Positions 1 through 8,593 of a stretch of DNA of 64,000 nucleotides are shown one piece after another. How positions within the stretch are numbered: position 1 is the first letter of the stretch; every line of letters starts with the position of its first letter. The stretch covers positions 128,001 through 192,000 of the forward strand of contig JAPDJW010000001.1 of assembly GCA_029258885.1 (NCBI GenBank). Direction: 5' to 3'. The notes below the pieces were generated by a model. It saw only the letters and a program-made list of their open reading frames with translations. It was not told the origin of the DNA and did not search any database. Origin of the DNA: Thermoproteota archaeon (GTDB lineage Archaea; Thermoproteota; Thermoprotei; Thermofilales; B9-G17). The position numbers and the translations under genes were made by a program.

Positions 1-115
1 CTATTTTTTCCGGCGTGTCCGTTGGAATTAGCGTTACTTTTTCATCAGTATGAATATATGCACCTAGCGAGGAGGTACCATATATAGTATATTTCTCTAT
101 TTGAACACTCATCAT
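1..115 (-). CDS. eif6: Translation initiation factor aIF6, 5' part (runs off window start)
   Basis: Manual translation MMSVQIEKYTIYGTSSLGAYIHTDEKVTLIPTDTPEKI matches the aIF6 N-terminus; conserved L39e-L31e-aIF6 order. Confidence 0.85.
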   Translation of the reverse strand, partial: MMSVQIEKYTIYGTSSLGAYIHTDEKVTLIPTDTPEKI

Positions 116-116
116 T

Positions 117-425
117 TCACTCTTCTTTTTCGGTTCCTTCACGGTACAATGTTACCTCTACATAACGTCGATCCATTTCCTCGTCATACACTTTCTTAGC
201 TACAACCTTAATTCTTCTAGGAGGTTTCTCTATGCTTCTGGAAAATATGTATTCATTTACATCGTTCCGAATTACTATGTCATCATCTTTCATATGTCTC
301 CTTATGAACTCCCGTATTATTGTTACGCATTTCTTACCTCTCTTCCGCCTAGAGGAATAGTATGCATCCCTTAGCGGAATTACATAAACTCTCTCTTCCT
401 CTACCTTAAGCGGTGTCTCAGACAT
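117..425 (-). CDS. rpl31e: 50S ribosomal protein L31e
   Basis: ERVYVIPLR...IREFIRRHMK...NEYIFSRSIEKPPRRIKV motifs; ATG at 425 follows a GGTGA RBS. Confidence 0.95.
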   Translation of the reverse strand: MSETPLKVEEERVYVIPLRDAYYSSRRKRGKKCVTIIREFIRRHMKDDDIVIRNDVNEYIFSRSIEKPPRRIKVVAKKVYDEEMDRRYVEVTLYREGTEKEE

Positions 426-437
426 ATGAATCACCTA

Positions 438-593
438 CTACAACTGCATACGGCTTCTTCTCCAATTTCTACTTATTATCCTACCTCTAACCTTACCTAA
501 CGTCTTTGCAACAACCCATATTGGAACGGGTACATTTTGCTTTAGTGCACGCGCCAATCTCTTCTTCTTGCCAAGCGTTTTATACCTGGCCAT
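438..593 (-). CDS. rpl39e: 50S ribosomal protein L39e (missed by ORF track)
   Basis: MARYKTLGKKKRLARALKQNVPVPIWVVAKTLGKVRGRIISRNWRRSRMQL*, 51 aa. Confidence 0.95.
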   Translation of the reverse strand: MARYKTLGKKKRLARALKQNVPVPIWVVAKTLGKVRGRIISRNWRRSRMQL

Positions 594-731
594 AGCCTTC
601 TCCTCTGAAATCCGACTGATCTGCTACTGGTTATAGAGACACAACCATATTTCAATAACTATCTTATTTATCTATCGGGTGCCTTATAGTAATATTAAAG
701 TGCATAATTGTTGTTAATAACTAGTAGCAAA

Positions 732-780
732 TGCGTAAACTATATATAGAAGCGCTAATATGCATTTTTCGGATTATTCT
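732..780 (+). promoter_or_regulatory. Thermosome alpha promoter/operator, 47/49 identical to 54478-54526
   Basis: TGCGTAAA-ct-ATATATAGAAGCGCTAATATGCATTTTTCGGATTATTCT; BRE/TATA-like start, direct repeat elsewhere in window. Confidence 0.85.
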
Positions 781-796
781 AACGAGGTGTAAATGT

Positions 797-2434
797 ATGG
801 CGGCTCCGGCTCAAGCAATTCCCGTATTATTGTTAAAGGAGGGAACTACAAGAACTGTTGGAAGGGATGCTAGAAGAACAAACATTTTAGCTGCTAGAAT
901 TATTGCAGAAACTCTAGCTTCTTCACTTGGTCCTAGAGGTATGGATAAACTTCTCGTTGATTCATTCGGTAGTGCTACGATAACAGGAGATGGCGCCACT
1001 ATTCTAAAGGAGATGGATGTACAGCACCCAGCTGCAAAGATGCTTGTTGAGGTAGCTAAAGCTCAAGACGATGAAGTCGGCGATGGAACAACATCGGTAG
1101 TAGTATTAGCAGGCGAATTCCTAAAGAATGCAGAAGAACTCCTAGATTCTGATATTCATCCAACTATCATTACTGAAGGATATGAAAGGGCGTTAGAATA
1201 CCTACTTAAAGAGATAGATAAAATAGCCGTCAAGGTAGATCCTCTAGATGTTAATGTTCTGAAAGAGGTGGCTAAAACAGCCTTATCCAGCAAGGTCGTC
1301 GCACAATATAAAGATTTTCTAGCAGACTTAGCTGTTAAGGCTGTCCTACAAGTAGTGGAGAAAACCGATGATGGTAAGTATAAGGTGGACCTAGATAACA
1401 TTAAAATCGAAAAGAAGAAGGGTGAATCTATTGAGGAAACAATGCTAATAAATGGCATAGTTCTAGACAAGGAAGTCGTGCATCCAGGAATGCCTAAGCG
1501 AGTAGAGAACGCAAAGATAGCATTAATAAATGCTCCACTGGAAATAGAGAAGCCTGAATGGACGGCTAAAATAAACATTACAAACCCGGAGCAGTTAAGG
1601 GCATTCCTAGATCAAGAGGCAGCACTATTAAAAAAGATGGTTGATAAAATAGCTGAAGTAGGAGCTAATGTTGTCATTACCCAGAAAGGCATAGACGACT
1701 TAGCTCAGCATTTCCTAGCTAAGAGAGGAATCCTAGCTGTAAGGAGGGTCAAGAAGTCTGACATGGAGAAGCTAGCTAAAGCCACTGGAGCTAGGATTGT
1801 AACAAGCATTGAAGATCTTACACCTGAAGATTTAGGCTATGCAGGTCTTGTGGAGGAGAGAAAAGTAGCAGATGATAAAATGGTGTTCGTAGAGGAGTGC
1901 AAGAATCCTAAGGCTGTAACAATCCTCGTAAGAGGTGGAGCTGAACACATAGTTGATGAAACAGAGAGAGCTCTTCATGACGCACTCTGCGTGATAAGAA
2001 ATGTTGTTCAGGAGCCGAAGATAGTAGCAGGTGGAGGCGCTATTGAAATAGAGCTTGCAAGGAGGCTGAAAGAGTTTGCTAAGTCTCTCGGAAGCAAGGA
2101 ACAGCTAGCCGTAGAGGCATACGCTGAAGCGCTAGAGAAGATACCTACAATTTTGGCTCAGAACGCTGGTATAGAGCCTGTCGACGCAATAGTTGAGCTT
2201 AGAAACAGACATGAAAAGGGAGAAGTATGGAGTGGTGTTGATGTTATAAACGGTAAAATAAGCGATATGATGAAGCTGAATATAATAGAGCCAGCGATAG
2301 TAAAGAAACAGACAATAAAGAGTGCCACCGAGGCAGCGATAATGATATTAAGGATTGACGATATAATTGCAGCGGCTCCTCCAAAGGAGAAGAAAGAGAA
2401 AGGATCGGAGGAGAAAACTCCTGGCTTTGAATAA
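797..2434 (+). CDS. thsA: Thermosome (group II chaperonin), alpha-like subunit
   Basis: [25 protein letters not shown] motifs; ATG at 797 after GAGGTG. Confidence 0.97.
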   Translation: MAAPAQAIPVLLLKEGTTRTVGRDARRTNILAARIIAETLASSLGPRGMDKLLVDSFGSATITGDGATILKEMDVQHPAAKMLVEVAKAQDDEVGDGTTSVVVLAGEFLKNAEELLDSDIHPTIITEGYERALEYLLKEIDKIAVKVDPLDVNVLKEVAKTALSSKVVAQYKDFLADLAVKAVLQVVEKTDDGKYKVDLDNIKIEKKKGESIEETMLINGIVLDKEVVHPGMPKRVENAKIALINAPLEIEKPEWTAKINITNPEQLRAFLDQEAALLKKMVDKIAEVGANVVITQKGIDDLAQHFLAKRGILAVRRVKKSDMEKLAKATGARIVTSIEDLTPEDLGYAGLVEERKVADDKMVFVEECKNPKAVTILVRGGAEHIVDETERALHDALCVIRNVVQEPKIVAGGGAIEIELARRLKEFAKSLGSKEQLAVEAYAEALEKIPTILAQNAGIEPVDAIVELRNRHEKGEVWSGVDVINGKISDMMKLNIIEPAIVKKQTIKSATEAAIMILRIDDIIAAAPPKEKKEKGSEEKTPGFE

Positions 2435-2693
2435 ATTAGAGAAGAAAAAAGGCATTAAAATAATATTAGGACCTCCTAAATTAACGAGATACGAGAAAGC
2501 CCGTATTATAGGGGCTAGGGCTCTTCAGCTAGCTCTTGGCGCCCCTCCACTTGTAGATATCGAGGAACTTAAAGTTAAAGATCCAATAGAAATAGCGCGT
2601 ATAGAGCTCGAGATGGGAGTACTACCTATCATAATAAGAAGAAAACTGCCAGGAGGAGAGTTTCAGGATATACCCTTAAAATATCTTTTATAA
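2427..2693 (+). CDS. rpoK: RNA polymerase subunit Rpo6 (K)
   Basis: [25 protein letters not shown]; likely TTG start overlapping the thermosome stop. Confidence 0.93.
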   Translation: MNKLEKKKGIKIILGPPKLTRYEKARIIGARALQLALGAPPLVDIEELKVKDPIEIARIELEMGVLPIIIRRKLPGGEFQDIPLKYLL

Positions 2694-2712
2694 AAATAGT
2701 AAAACTTTAATT

Positions 2713-3063
2713 CTAACCCTTTTTTATTTCGATCATTTTACTTTTAATTACTACTTCGATTATATCTCCTATTTCTGGCTTCTCGGGTAATCTATCCCAC
2801 TCATCCTCTGTTAAAAGTATTGTTAACCTAGGTACAGTAAACTTTCCACCACTGAAAATAGGCAATGATTTCATTATCTGTGATATTACCGGTGCAATTT
2901 CTCTAGATAAAGTATCATCTTTCTTCTGATGTATTATCACCGGACCAGGTATATCTTTCTCTTCCATTAGTTCAAGTTTAATCATATTTTCTCCTAATGG
3001 ATCCTTTATAATGCTCTTACTCGTTAAAATAGCCTTAAATTTTACTTCAATCATTTTACTCAA
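2713..3063 (-). CDS. Arcadin-1 family protein
   Basis: Aligns from memory with Pyrobaculum arcadin-1: SKSIIKDPLG..IKLELMEEKDIPGPV...IMKSLP..GGKFTVPRLTILLTEDEW...IGDIIEV. Confidence 0.8.
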   Translation of the reverse strand: MSKMIEVKFKAILTSKSIIKDPLGENMIKLELMEEKDIPGPVIIHQKKDDTLSREIAPVISQIMKSLPIFSGGKFTVPRLTILLTEDEWDRLPEKPEIGDIIEVVIKSKMIEIKKG

Positions 3064-3580
3064 CTTTTACAGTAAATCCCCTGCCCCCTTTCTTCTCAAG
3101 CTTTTCGACAGTTATCGTTAAAACCCCATTCTTATATTGTGCCTTTGCAGTTTCAGGTCTGATTTTTTCAGGTAAAACAACGCGCTTGTAGTATTTCCTA
3201 TCGCCTCTTCTCGCAGATACTTCTATTACATCCTCTGTAGCCTCCACATTTATATCCTCTTTCTCTACTCCTGGCATATCAATTACTATTTTAAACTTAT
3301 CCCTTTCGTCTATCACATCAGTGAATGGCTCTAGTTCTTCAGTTATATGCGGTCTAATGACTCCAGGCTTTATATTACCCCACTCCCTTATCCTAGGAAT
3401 ACCGTCAGGACCTATTGTCATCGAAAAGCCGTATACATAAGGTCCAAATCTTCTAACTCGTCGCTCCTCAGGGGGAAGTGACATGGATTCTCTTATCATT
3501 TCATCTATTAACCTATCTATTTCCTCAAAAAACCTCCTAGTCCTTTTCCACCATTCATCGAATTCGGACAAGTATTTCAC
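3056..3580 (-). CDS. hsp20: Archaeal small heat-shock protein Hsp20
   Basis: GPYVYGFSMTIGPDGIPRIREWGN plus alpha-crystallin domain (DMPGVEKEDI...AQYKNGVLTI). Confidence 0.95.
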   Translation of the reverse strand: MKYLSEFDEWWKRTRRFFEEIDRLIDEMIRESMSLPPEERRVRRFGPYVYGFSMTIGPDGIPRIREWGNIKPGVIRPHITEELEPFTDVIDERDKFKIVIDMPGVEKEDINVEATEDVIEVSARRGDRKYYKRVVLPEKIRPETAKAQYKNGVLTITVEKLEKKGGRGFTVKVE

Positions 3581-3648
3581 CCACTCATAATACTTACTCT
3601 GTCTAAAATTTAAAGGTATCCTTACTAGTCAATAGTTTTTTCACAATA

Positions 3649-3740
3649 TGCCCCGGCCGGGATTTGAACCCGGGTCTCTGGCTCGAAAGGCCAGTATACT
3701 TTAGGCCCCCGCAGGGCTGACCTGGCTATACGACCGGGGC
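3649..3740 (-). tRNA. tRNA-Glu(TTC) with 17-nt D-loop BHB intron (3701-3717)
   Basis: GCCCCGG acceptor, CTGGC-CT TTC GA-GCCAG arm, GGTTCAAATCC T-arm; intron H helix AGGT/GCCT with CAG and AAA bulges; spliced length 75 nt. Confidence 0.92.
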
Positions 3741-3865
3741 TTATCTAAAATACAATAAAAGAGCAAAATATATTTTTCCCGTATAGTTCAGCCTCGTAAT
3801 TTAGGTTTAAAGTTTAAATTTACTATAGAAGCAGCTTGCTGCATCTTAATCTACTGATGGAAATA

Positions 3866-3970
3866 TGCGGCCGCCGGGATTCGAACCCGGGTCGCTGGCT
3901 TGCTCCAGATGACTTCGGGAGGCCAGCGTCCTATTCTGGGAGGAATCTGTCCAGGCTAGACGACGGCCGC
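3866..3970 (-). tRNA. tRNA-Gly(CCC) with two 15-nt BHB introns (D-loop 3934-3948; canonical 37/38 3901-3915)
   Basis: GCGGCCG acceptor; H helices CTGG/CCAG and CTCC/GGAG each with 3-nt bulges; spliced length 75 nt. Confidence 0.92.
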
Positions 3971-4122
3971 TATATTACATCTTAGAGCAATGCCTAATAA
4001 ACTTTTGGCCGAAGGTTCCTTCTTAGTAAATATTGGGAAGAAGCCGTAGTAAAAAGATTTAAATGTCTCCTGGTATTAAGGATAATCGGTAAGGAGGTTA
4101 CAATTAGTAGGAGGTTATTATA

Positions 4123-4527
4123 TTGTCTTCAAACAAGGAGGAGTTCGAGCCGGCACAGTGTCCTTGTGGCAGGATAATCTCTCATCCTAGTGAGTACAAG
4201 CTATTGTTTCTGAAAAAAGAGCAGAACGAGATAGACATACTGTGTCCTAACGATACATGCTACCTCAGAGAATTAGGTTATATCACCTTTAGGATCGATG
4301 ATGACGGAAATGTTAAAGTTGAAAAAATCAGCTTCTATCCACCATTCGTGACTTGGAATGTAGGAAGAATGGGTAGAGAGAAGGCGACTAAAGTATTAAA
4401 AGCACATCTTAGATGGATAGTGAAGAAGGGAGTAGATTGGGAGAAAATAAAGGAGGATTATATGAAGAGAAGTAGAGAAAGGGAGGAAGAGGAAATAGCA
4501 GTTACAGAGGAAGAGATTACAGAATAA
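4123..4527 (+). CDS. Hypothetical protein, possible Zn-binding (CPC...CPNDTC), acidic tail
   Basis: 134-aa ORF with GGAGG RBS and TTG start; no family recognised. Confidence 0.75.
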   Translation: MSSNKEEFEPAQCPCGRIISHPSEYKLLFLKKEQNEIDILCPNDTCYLRELGYITFRIDDDGNVKVEKISFYPPFVTWNVGRMGREKATKVLKAHLRWIVKKGVDWEKIKEDYMKRSREREEEEIAVTEEEITE

Positions 4528-4619
4528 ACAATTACATTCCCTTACATATAAAGCTCTTCCGGTAGCTGACGGAAAATATAAATTTATGTAACATTATTTC
4601 TTGAAGTCAATACTACGAG

Positions 4620-5087
4620 GTGATTAATCTGGTTACAGTAAGGGATGTACCCGCTGATATATTCATTGAAACCCTAGCTAAATATCTAAAGGAAAACATA
4701 AAGGAGCTCAGACCCCCAGAATGGGCACTATTCGTCAAAACGGGTTGCCACGCCGATAGACCACCTGACGACCCCGACTGGTGGTATAAAAGGGCAGCAT
4801 CTATTCTGAGAAAGCTATACCTACACGGACCTGTAGGCGTCGAGAGACTTAGAACAGCATACGGCGGCAGAGTAGATCTAGGCGTAGCCAGGAAACACGT
4901 GAAAAAAGGAGGGGGATCCAATATTAGGAAGATACTACAACAGTTGGAGGCCGCCGGTCTCGTAAAGAAGCTAGACAAAAAGGGGAGAATACTTACTCCG
5001 GAAGGACAATCCTTATTGGATAGAATAGCAACTAAAATATTTAGAAGACTAGTACATGAGCGTCCCGAGCTAAAGAAATACCTCTAA
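4620..5087 (+). CDS. rps19e: 30S ribosomal protein S19e
   Basis: [44 protein letters not shown]. Confidence 0.97.
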   Translation: MINLVTVRDVPADIFIETLAKYLKENIKELRPPEWALFVKTGCHADRPPDDPDWWYKRAASILRKLYLHGPVGVERLRTAYGGRVDLGVARKHVKKGGGSNIRKILQQLEAAGLVKKLDKKGRILTPEGQSLLDRIATKIFRRLVHERPELKKYL

Positions 5088-5105
5088 ATACTAAGACATA
5101 AAGAG

Positions 5106-5453
5106 GTGAAGCGCTTGTCAGAATACTACGACAAAGAGCTAGAAGAAATAAAGAGAAGAAAATTGCTAGAATACCAACGAATGCTTAAAAGAGCCGAAGA
5201 GGAAGAGGCACGAAGAAGATTAGAAGCAGAAAAAGAAGCACTCCTCAGAAGAATATTAACACCAAAAGCAAGACAAAGACTAGCCAACCTAAAGCTAGTG
5301 AAGCCACAGTTCGTAGAATCGCTAGAACTCCAACTAATACAACTAGCACAAACAGGAAGAGTTGAAATACCAATAACAGACAAAGTACTAAAACAAATAC
5401 TCATAAGGCTAACAGCATCGGAACGAAAAGGAAAAATCATATACTACCGATAG
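5106..5453 (+). CDS. PDCD5-family DNA-binding protein
   Basis: [18 protein letters not shown]...LIQLAQTGR...[10 protein letters not shown]; conserved neighbour of rps19e. Confidence 0.92.
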   Translation: MKRLSEYYDKELEEIKRRKLLEYQRMLKRAEEEEARRRLEAEKEALLRRILTPKARQRLANLKLVKPQFVESLELQLIQLAQTGRVEIPITDKVLKQILIRLTASERKGKIIYYR

Positions 5454-5491
5454 GAAAAATTTATAACACACAAACACAGCATATATCAACA

Positions 5492-5566
5492 GCCCCGGTC
5501 GTATAGTCCGGACGAGTATACCGGCCTGTCGAGCCGGAGACCCGGGTTCAAATCCCGGCCGGGGCG
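5492..5566 (+). tRNA. tRNA-Asp(GTC), intronless
   Basis: GCCCCGG...CCGGC CT GTC GA GCCGG...GGTTCAAATCCCGGCCGGGGCG; upstream TTTATAA box, downstream T-run. Confidence 0.97.
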
Positions 5567-5605
5567 TTTTACTTTTCCAATTTCTTGCTCTGATTTTTGG
5601 TGTTT

Positions 5606-6805
5606 TTAAGATTCTATTTTTATTTCTACTATTAGGTGTCCATCTTCTATATAGTAGCTTTTTATCTCTGGCTCTCTTTCCATGGCTTCGTGCGGTTCTA
5701 TTGTGTAGCCTAGTATTCTGGCTGTTGGTCTTAGGCTTTCTTTTAGGTATTCTAGTATTTCTCGTTCTATTCGGTGGTAGTCTTCTGTTATGTCTATGCC
5801 GAAAGTTAGGTTGTTGTCTTTGAATATCATTGTTACTGTTACTGGGCCTTCTGTCGGTGTTATTGGCATGTGTTTTAGCTCTTCTGGCAGTTTTTCTGCT
5901 ATTTTTCTCTCGTATTCTTCTCCCAGCTCGTTTAGTTTCCTTATTACTTCATCTATACTCTTCAGATTTATTCTAGTTTCTTTCCATTTGTAGTCTATTC
6001 TTATTCTGAAGTGTACCAGTTTTTCTCCTCTAAATACTTCTTTGAATACTTGTATGGCTTTATCTAGCTCTGCTGGGCTGGTTATCTGGGTATAGCATGT
6101 TACATAATATATGTATTTGAGAGGAGATGGCGACCTAATTTTAAATGTAAGGACTATAAACTGTTCCTTATAGTTTTTCTTAAATAATATTTCCGATCTT
6201 TTCTTAATCTCATTTAGGGCGTAGTCTAAGTCATATATCAAATCGTTACACCATTGCCCTTTCTTAAGTTCTTTAATAATTTGTTGATGATCCGTTCTAT
6301 ATGAGGTTAATCCTTGCCTGAAGAATTTCTTTATATTTTCTCTTCCAGAAATTGCTAATTTATGACAATATTTTCCTGATTTTCTGTCACGATATGGTGC
6401 TCTAAAACGTGCCTGTATTCTAAAGTATTCTTCCAATACCTTTTTAATGTCCTCGAGTTTGACTATCAATGAATTTATGCATATTTCTGACCAGAACCAG
6501 CTTTTCTTTTCATCTAACTTTATTATCGGAATAAACTTAGGTAATTTCAGGGGACTACTTTTCCTAATTTTTATTTGATTGCTGAGATGCTTTACTGCAT
6601 AGCTTAGTTCTTTATAACAAAATTCTCGATACAGGCATACTGACGTTGGATAGGTTATTCCTGTATATTTTATTCCTTTTGTACAGTGATAAACGAGACA
6701 GTTGCTATTATCACACCCAGCACATAGATGATAAAGAAAACATTCTGTACATTCTTGTTTGCCACATAATCCTTTCTTTCGATATTCTGCTGCAGTGACC
6801 GTCAA
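5606..6805 (-). CDS. Mosaic hypothetical protein (Cys-rich N-terminus, LAGLIDADG/intein-endonuclease-like middle fragment, unknown C-terminus); possible island remnant
   Basis: Cys cluster CGKQECTECFLYHLCAGCDNSNC; middle segment YCHKLAISGRENIKKFFRQG; lies next to the tRNA-Asp 3' end; flanked by AT-rich DNA. Confidence 0.5.
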   Translation of the reverse strand: MTVTAAEYRKKGLCGKQECTECFLYHLCAGCDNSNCLVYHCTKGIKYTGITYPTSVCLYREFCYKELSYAVKHLSNQIKIRKSSPLKLPKFIPIIKLDEKKSWFWSEICINSLIVKLEDIKKVLEEYFRIQARFRAPYRDRKSGKYCHKLAISGRENIKKFFRQGLTSYRTDHQQIIKELKKGQWCNDLIYDLDYALNEIKKRSEILFKKNYKEQFIVLTFKIRSPSPLKYIYYVTCYTQITSPAELDKAIQVFKEVFRGEKLVHFRIRIDYKWKETRINLKSIDEVIRKLNELGEEYERKIAEKLPEELKHMPITPTEGPVTVTMIFKDNNLTFGIDITEDYHRIEREILEYLKESLRPTARILGYTIEPHEAMEREPEIKSYYIEDGHLIVEIKIES

Positions 6806-7217
6806 GGTTATCTCCTTTTTCTTAAATGTCGGTTATAAGTTAAATTACTCATGAGACCTTATTTTGCTTTTAATTTTAATAAAACACATTATAAACTGTT
6901 TTTCATCGTTTTCATGTCGGCAAGCGTCTTAATAATGGTTTAACTATTCATGTCAAACCATAGTGTTATAGAGAAATATTTAACTTAATAATCATCCATA
7001 ATTTTCAGGGATTAATAAAGCTAAGAAGCCTTGGCTATAGGTCTAAAGTATTTAATAGTCCTACTTATAATATCAGATATCTAGGTGGAATCAAATTATA
7101 TATAATTTATAAGTCAAAGATTTTGTTAATTATATGTTAAATTGTCAAATATTGATGATACATTCCCGTAATTACTAGTACCTAGCTATATTAAAATATC
7201 TTCGCTGTTATAGTCTC

Positions 7218-8570
7218 ATGCGTGATTATATGTCTGGTGAAAGGGTTAATTGGTATAGGATATCTAATGAGCTTCATCTCAAGTATCAAGGTAAGATTGA
7301 GATTATGCCCAAGGTGCCTGTATTAAAGCTTAAGGATTTTGCTATATGGTATACGCCTGGTGTTGCAGGACCTTGTAAAGAGATTTACGATAAAGGTGGT
7401 GATCTATCGTTTAAATATACTCTTAGGTGGAATTACGCTGCAGTTGTAAGTGATGGTACGCGTGTACTTGGATTAGGCAACATTGGTCCGGAAGCTGGAT
7501 TACCTGTTATGGAGGGCAAGGCCTTGCTTTTCAAATACCTTGGTGGAGTGGACGCTATACCTCTTGTAATCAATGCCCGTGATCCGGATAAGTTTATTGA
7601 GGTAGTCAAGATCCTGGAGCCAAGTTTTGGAGCTATTAATTTGGAGGATATCGGGAGTCCAAAGTGCTTCTACATACTTGAGAAACTTAATGAGATATTA
7701 AATATACCTGTATGGCATGATGACCAGCAGGGTACAGCTCTAGTTACGCTTGCAGGGCTTCTCAATGCACTGAAGATTGTTGGTAAGAGCCTTGATCAAG
7801 TGAAGATAGCGTTTATAGGTGCTGGTGCGGCTAACATGTCTTCTATAAAATATATTACATTAGCAGGGGCTGATCCTCGGAAAATGGTTGTTGTTGATAG
7901 TAAGGGTATTCTTCATCCGAATAGACCGGATGTTGGGGAGCTTAAGGTTAGGAATCCATGGAAATATAGGTTAGCTATGACAACGAATGCTGAGGGAGTG
8001 ACTGGTGGTATTCCAGAGGCATTAAAGGGGGCTGATGTAGTAATAGCAGCCTCTAGGCCGGGACCCGGGATTATTAAGAAAGAATGGATCAGGTTAATGA
8101 ATGATAACCCGATAGTATTTGCTGAAGCAAACCCTGTACCAGAGATATGGCCTTGGGAGGCTAAGGAGGCTGGTGCAAGGATTGTTGCTACGGGTCGTAG
8201 CGATTTTCCTAACCAGATCAATAACAGTCTTGGATTCCCGGCTGTATTCCGTGGTGTATTGACTATACGTGCTCGGAAGATGACTGACTCCATGTTTCTC
8301 GCTGCAGCTTATGCTATTGCCGGATATGCTGAGAAGAAGGGTATTCATGAAGAATACATAGTACCTACTATGGATGATCCTGAAATGTTTATTGAAGAGG
8401 CTATTGCTGTTGCTGAGAAGGCTATGGAGGAGGGTGTTGCCCGCCGTAAGCTATCTCGTTCAGAACTTGAAGCTGAGATTAGAGAGCTTATCTATAGGCC
8501 TAAAAAGTACATGGATATTGCTCTTAAAAATAACCTCATAAGAATCCTGCCTCCATATTCTGAGAAATAG
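7218..8570 (+). CDS. NAD(P)-dependent malic enzyme
   Basis: YTPGVA, VVSDGTRVLGLGNIG, VMEGKALLFK, INLEDI, HDDQQGTA, GAGAA. Confidence 0.95.
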   Translation: MRDYMSGERVNWYRISNELHLKYQGKIEIMPKVPVLKLKDFAIWYTPGVAGPCKEIYDKGGDLSFKYTLRWNYAAVVSDGTRVLGLGNIGPEAGLPVMEGKALLFKYLGGVDAIPLVINARDPDKFIEVVKILEPSFGAINLEDIGSPKCFYILEKLNEILNIPVWHDDQQGTALVTLAGLLNALKIVGKSLDQVKIAFIGAGAANMSSIKYITLAGADPRKMVVVDSKGILHPNRPDVGELKVRNPWKYRLAMTTNAEGVTGGIPEALKGADVVIAASRPGPGIIKKEWIRLMNDNPIVFAEANPVPEIWPWEAKEAGARIVATGRSDFPNQINNSLGFPAVFRGVLTIRARKMTDSMFLAAAYAIAGYAEKKGIHEEYIVPTMDDPEMFIEEAIAVAEKAMEEGVARRKLSRSELEAEIRELIYRPKKYMDIALKNNLIRILPPYSEK

Positions 8571-8593
8571 GCTTACAAAAACATTTTTACAAT

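Noticed and set aside
1700-1860. Nucleotide similarity between the two thermosome coding regions
   Set aside because: Explained by ordinary paralogy at highly conserved motifs; only the promoter identity is exceptional.
5540-7217. Intact integrative element at tRNA-Asp
   Set aside because: No integrase and no duplicated tRNA 3' end (attR) found downstream.
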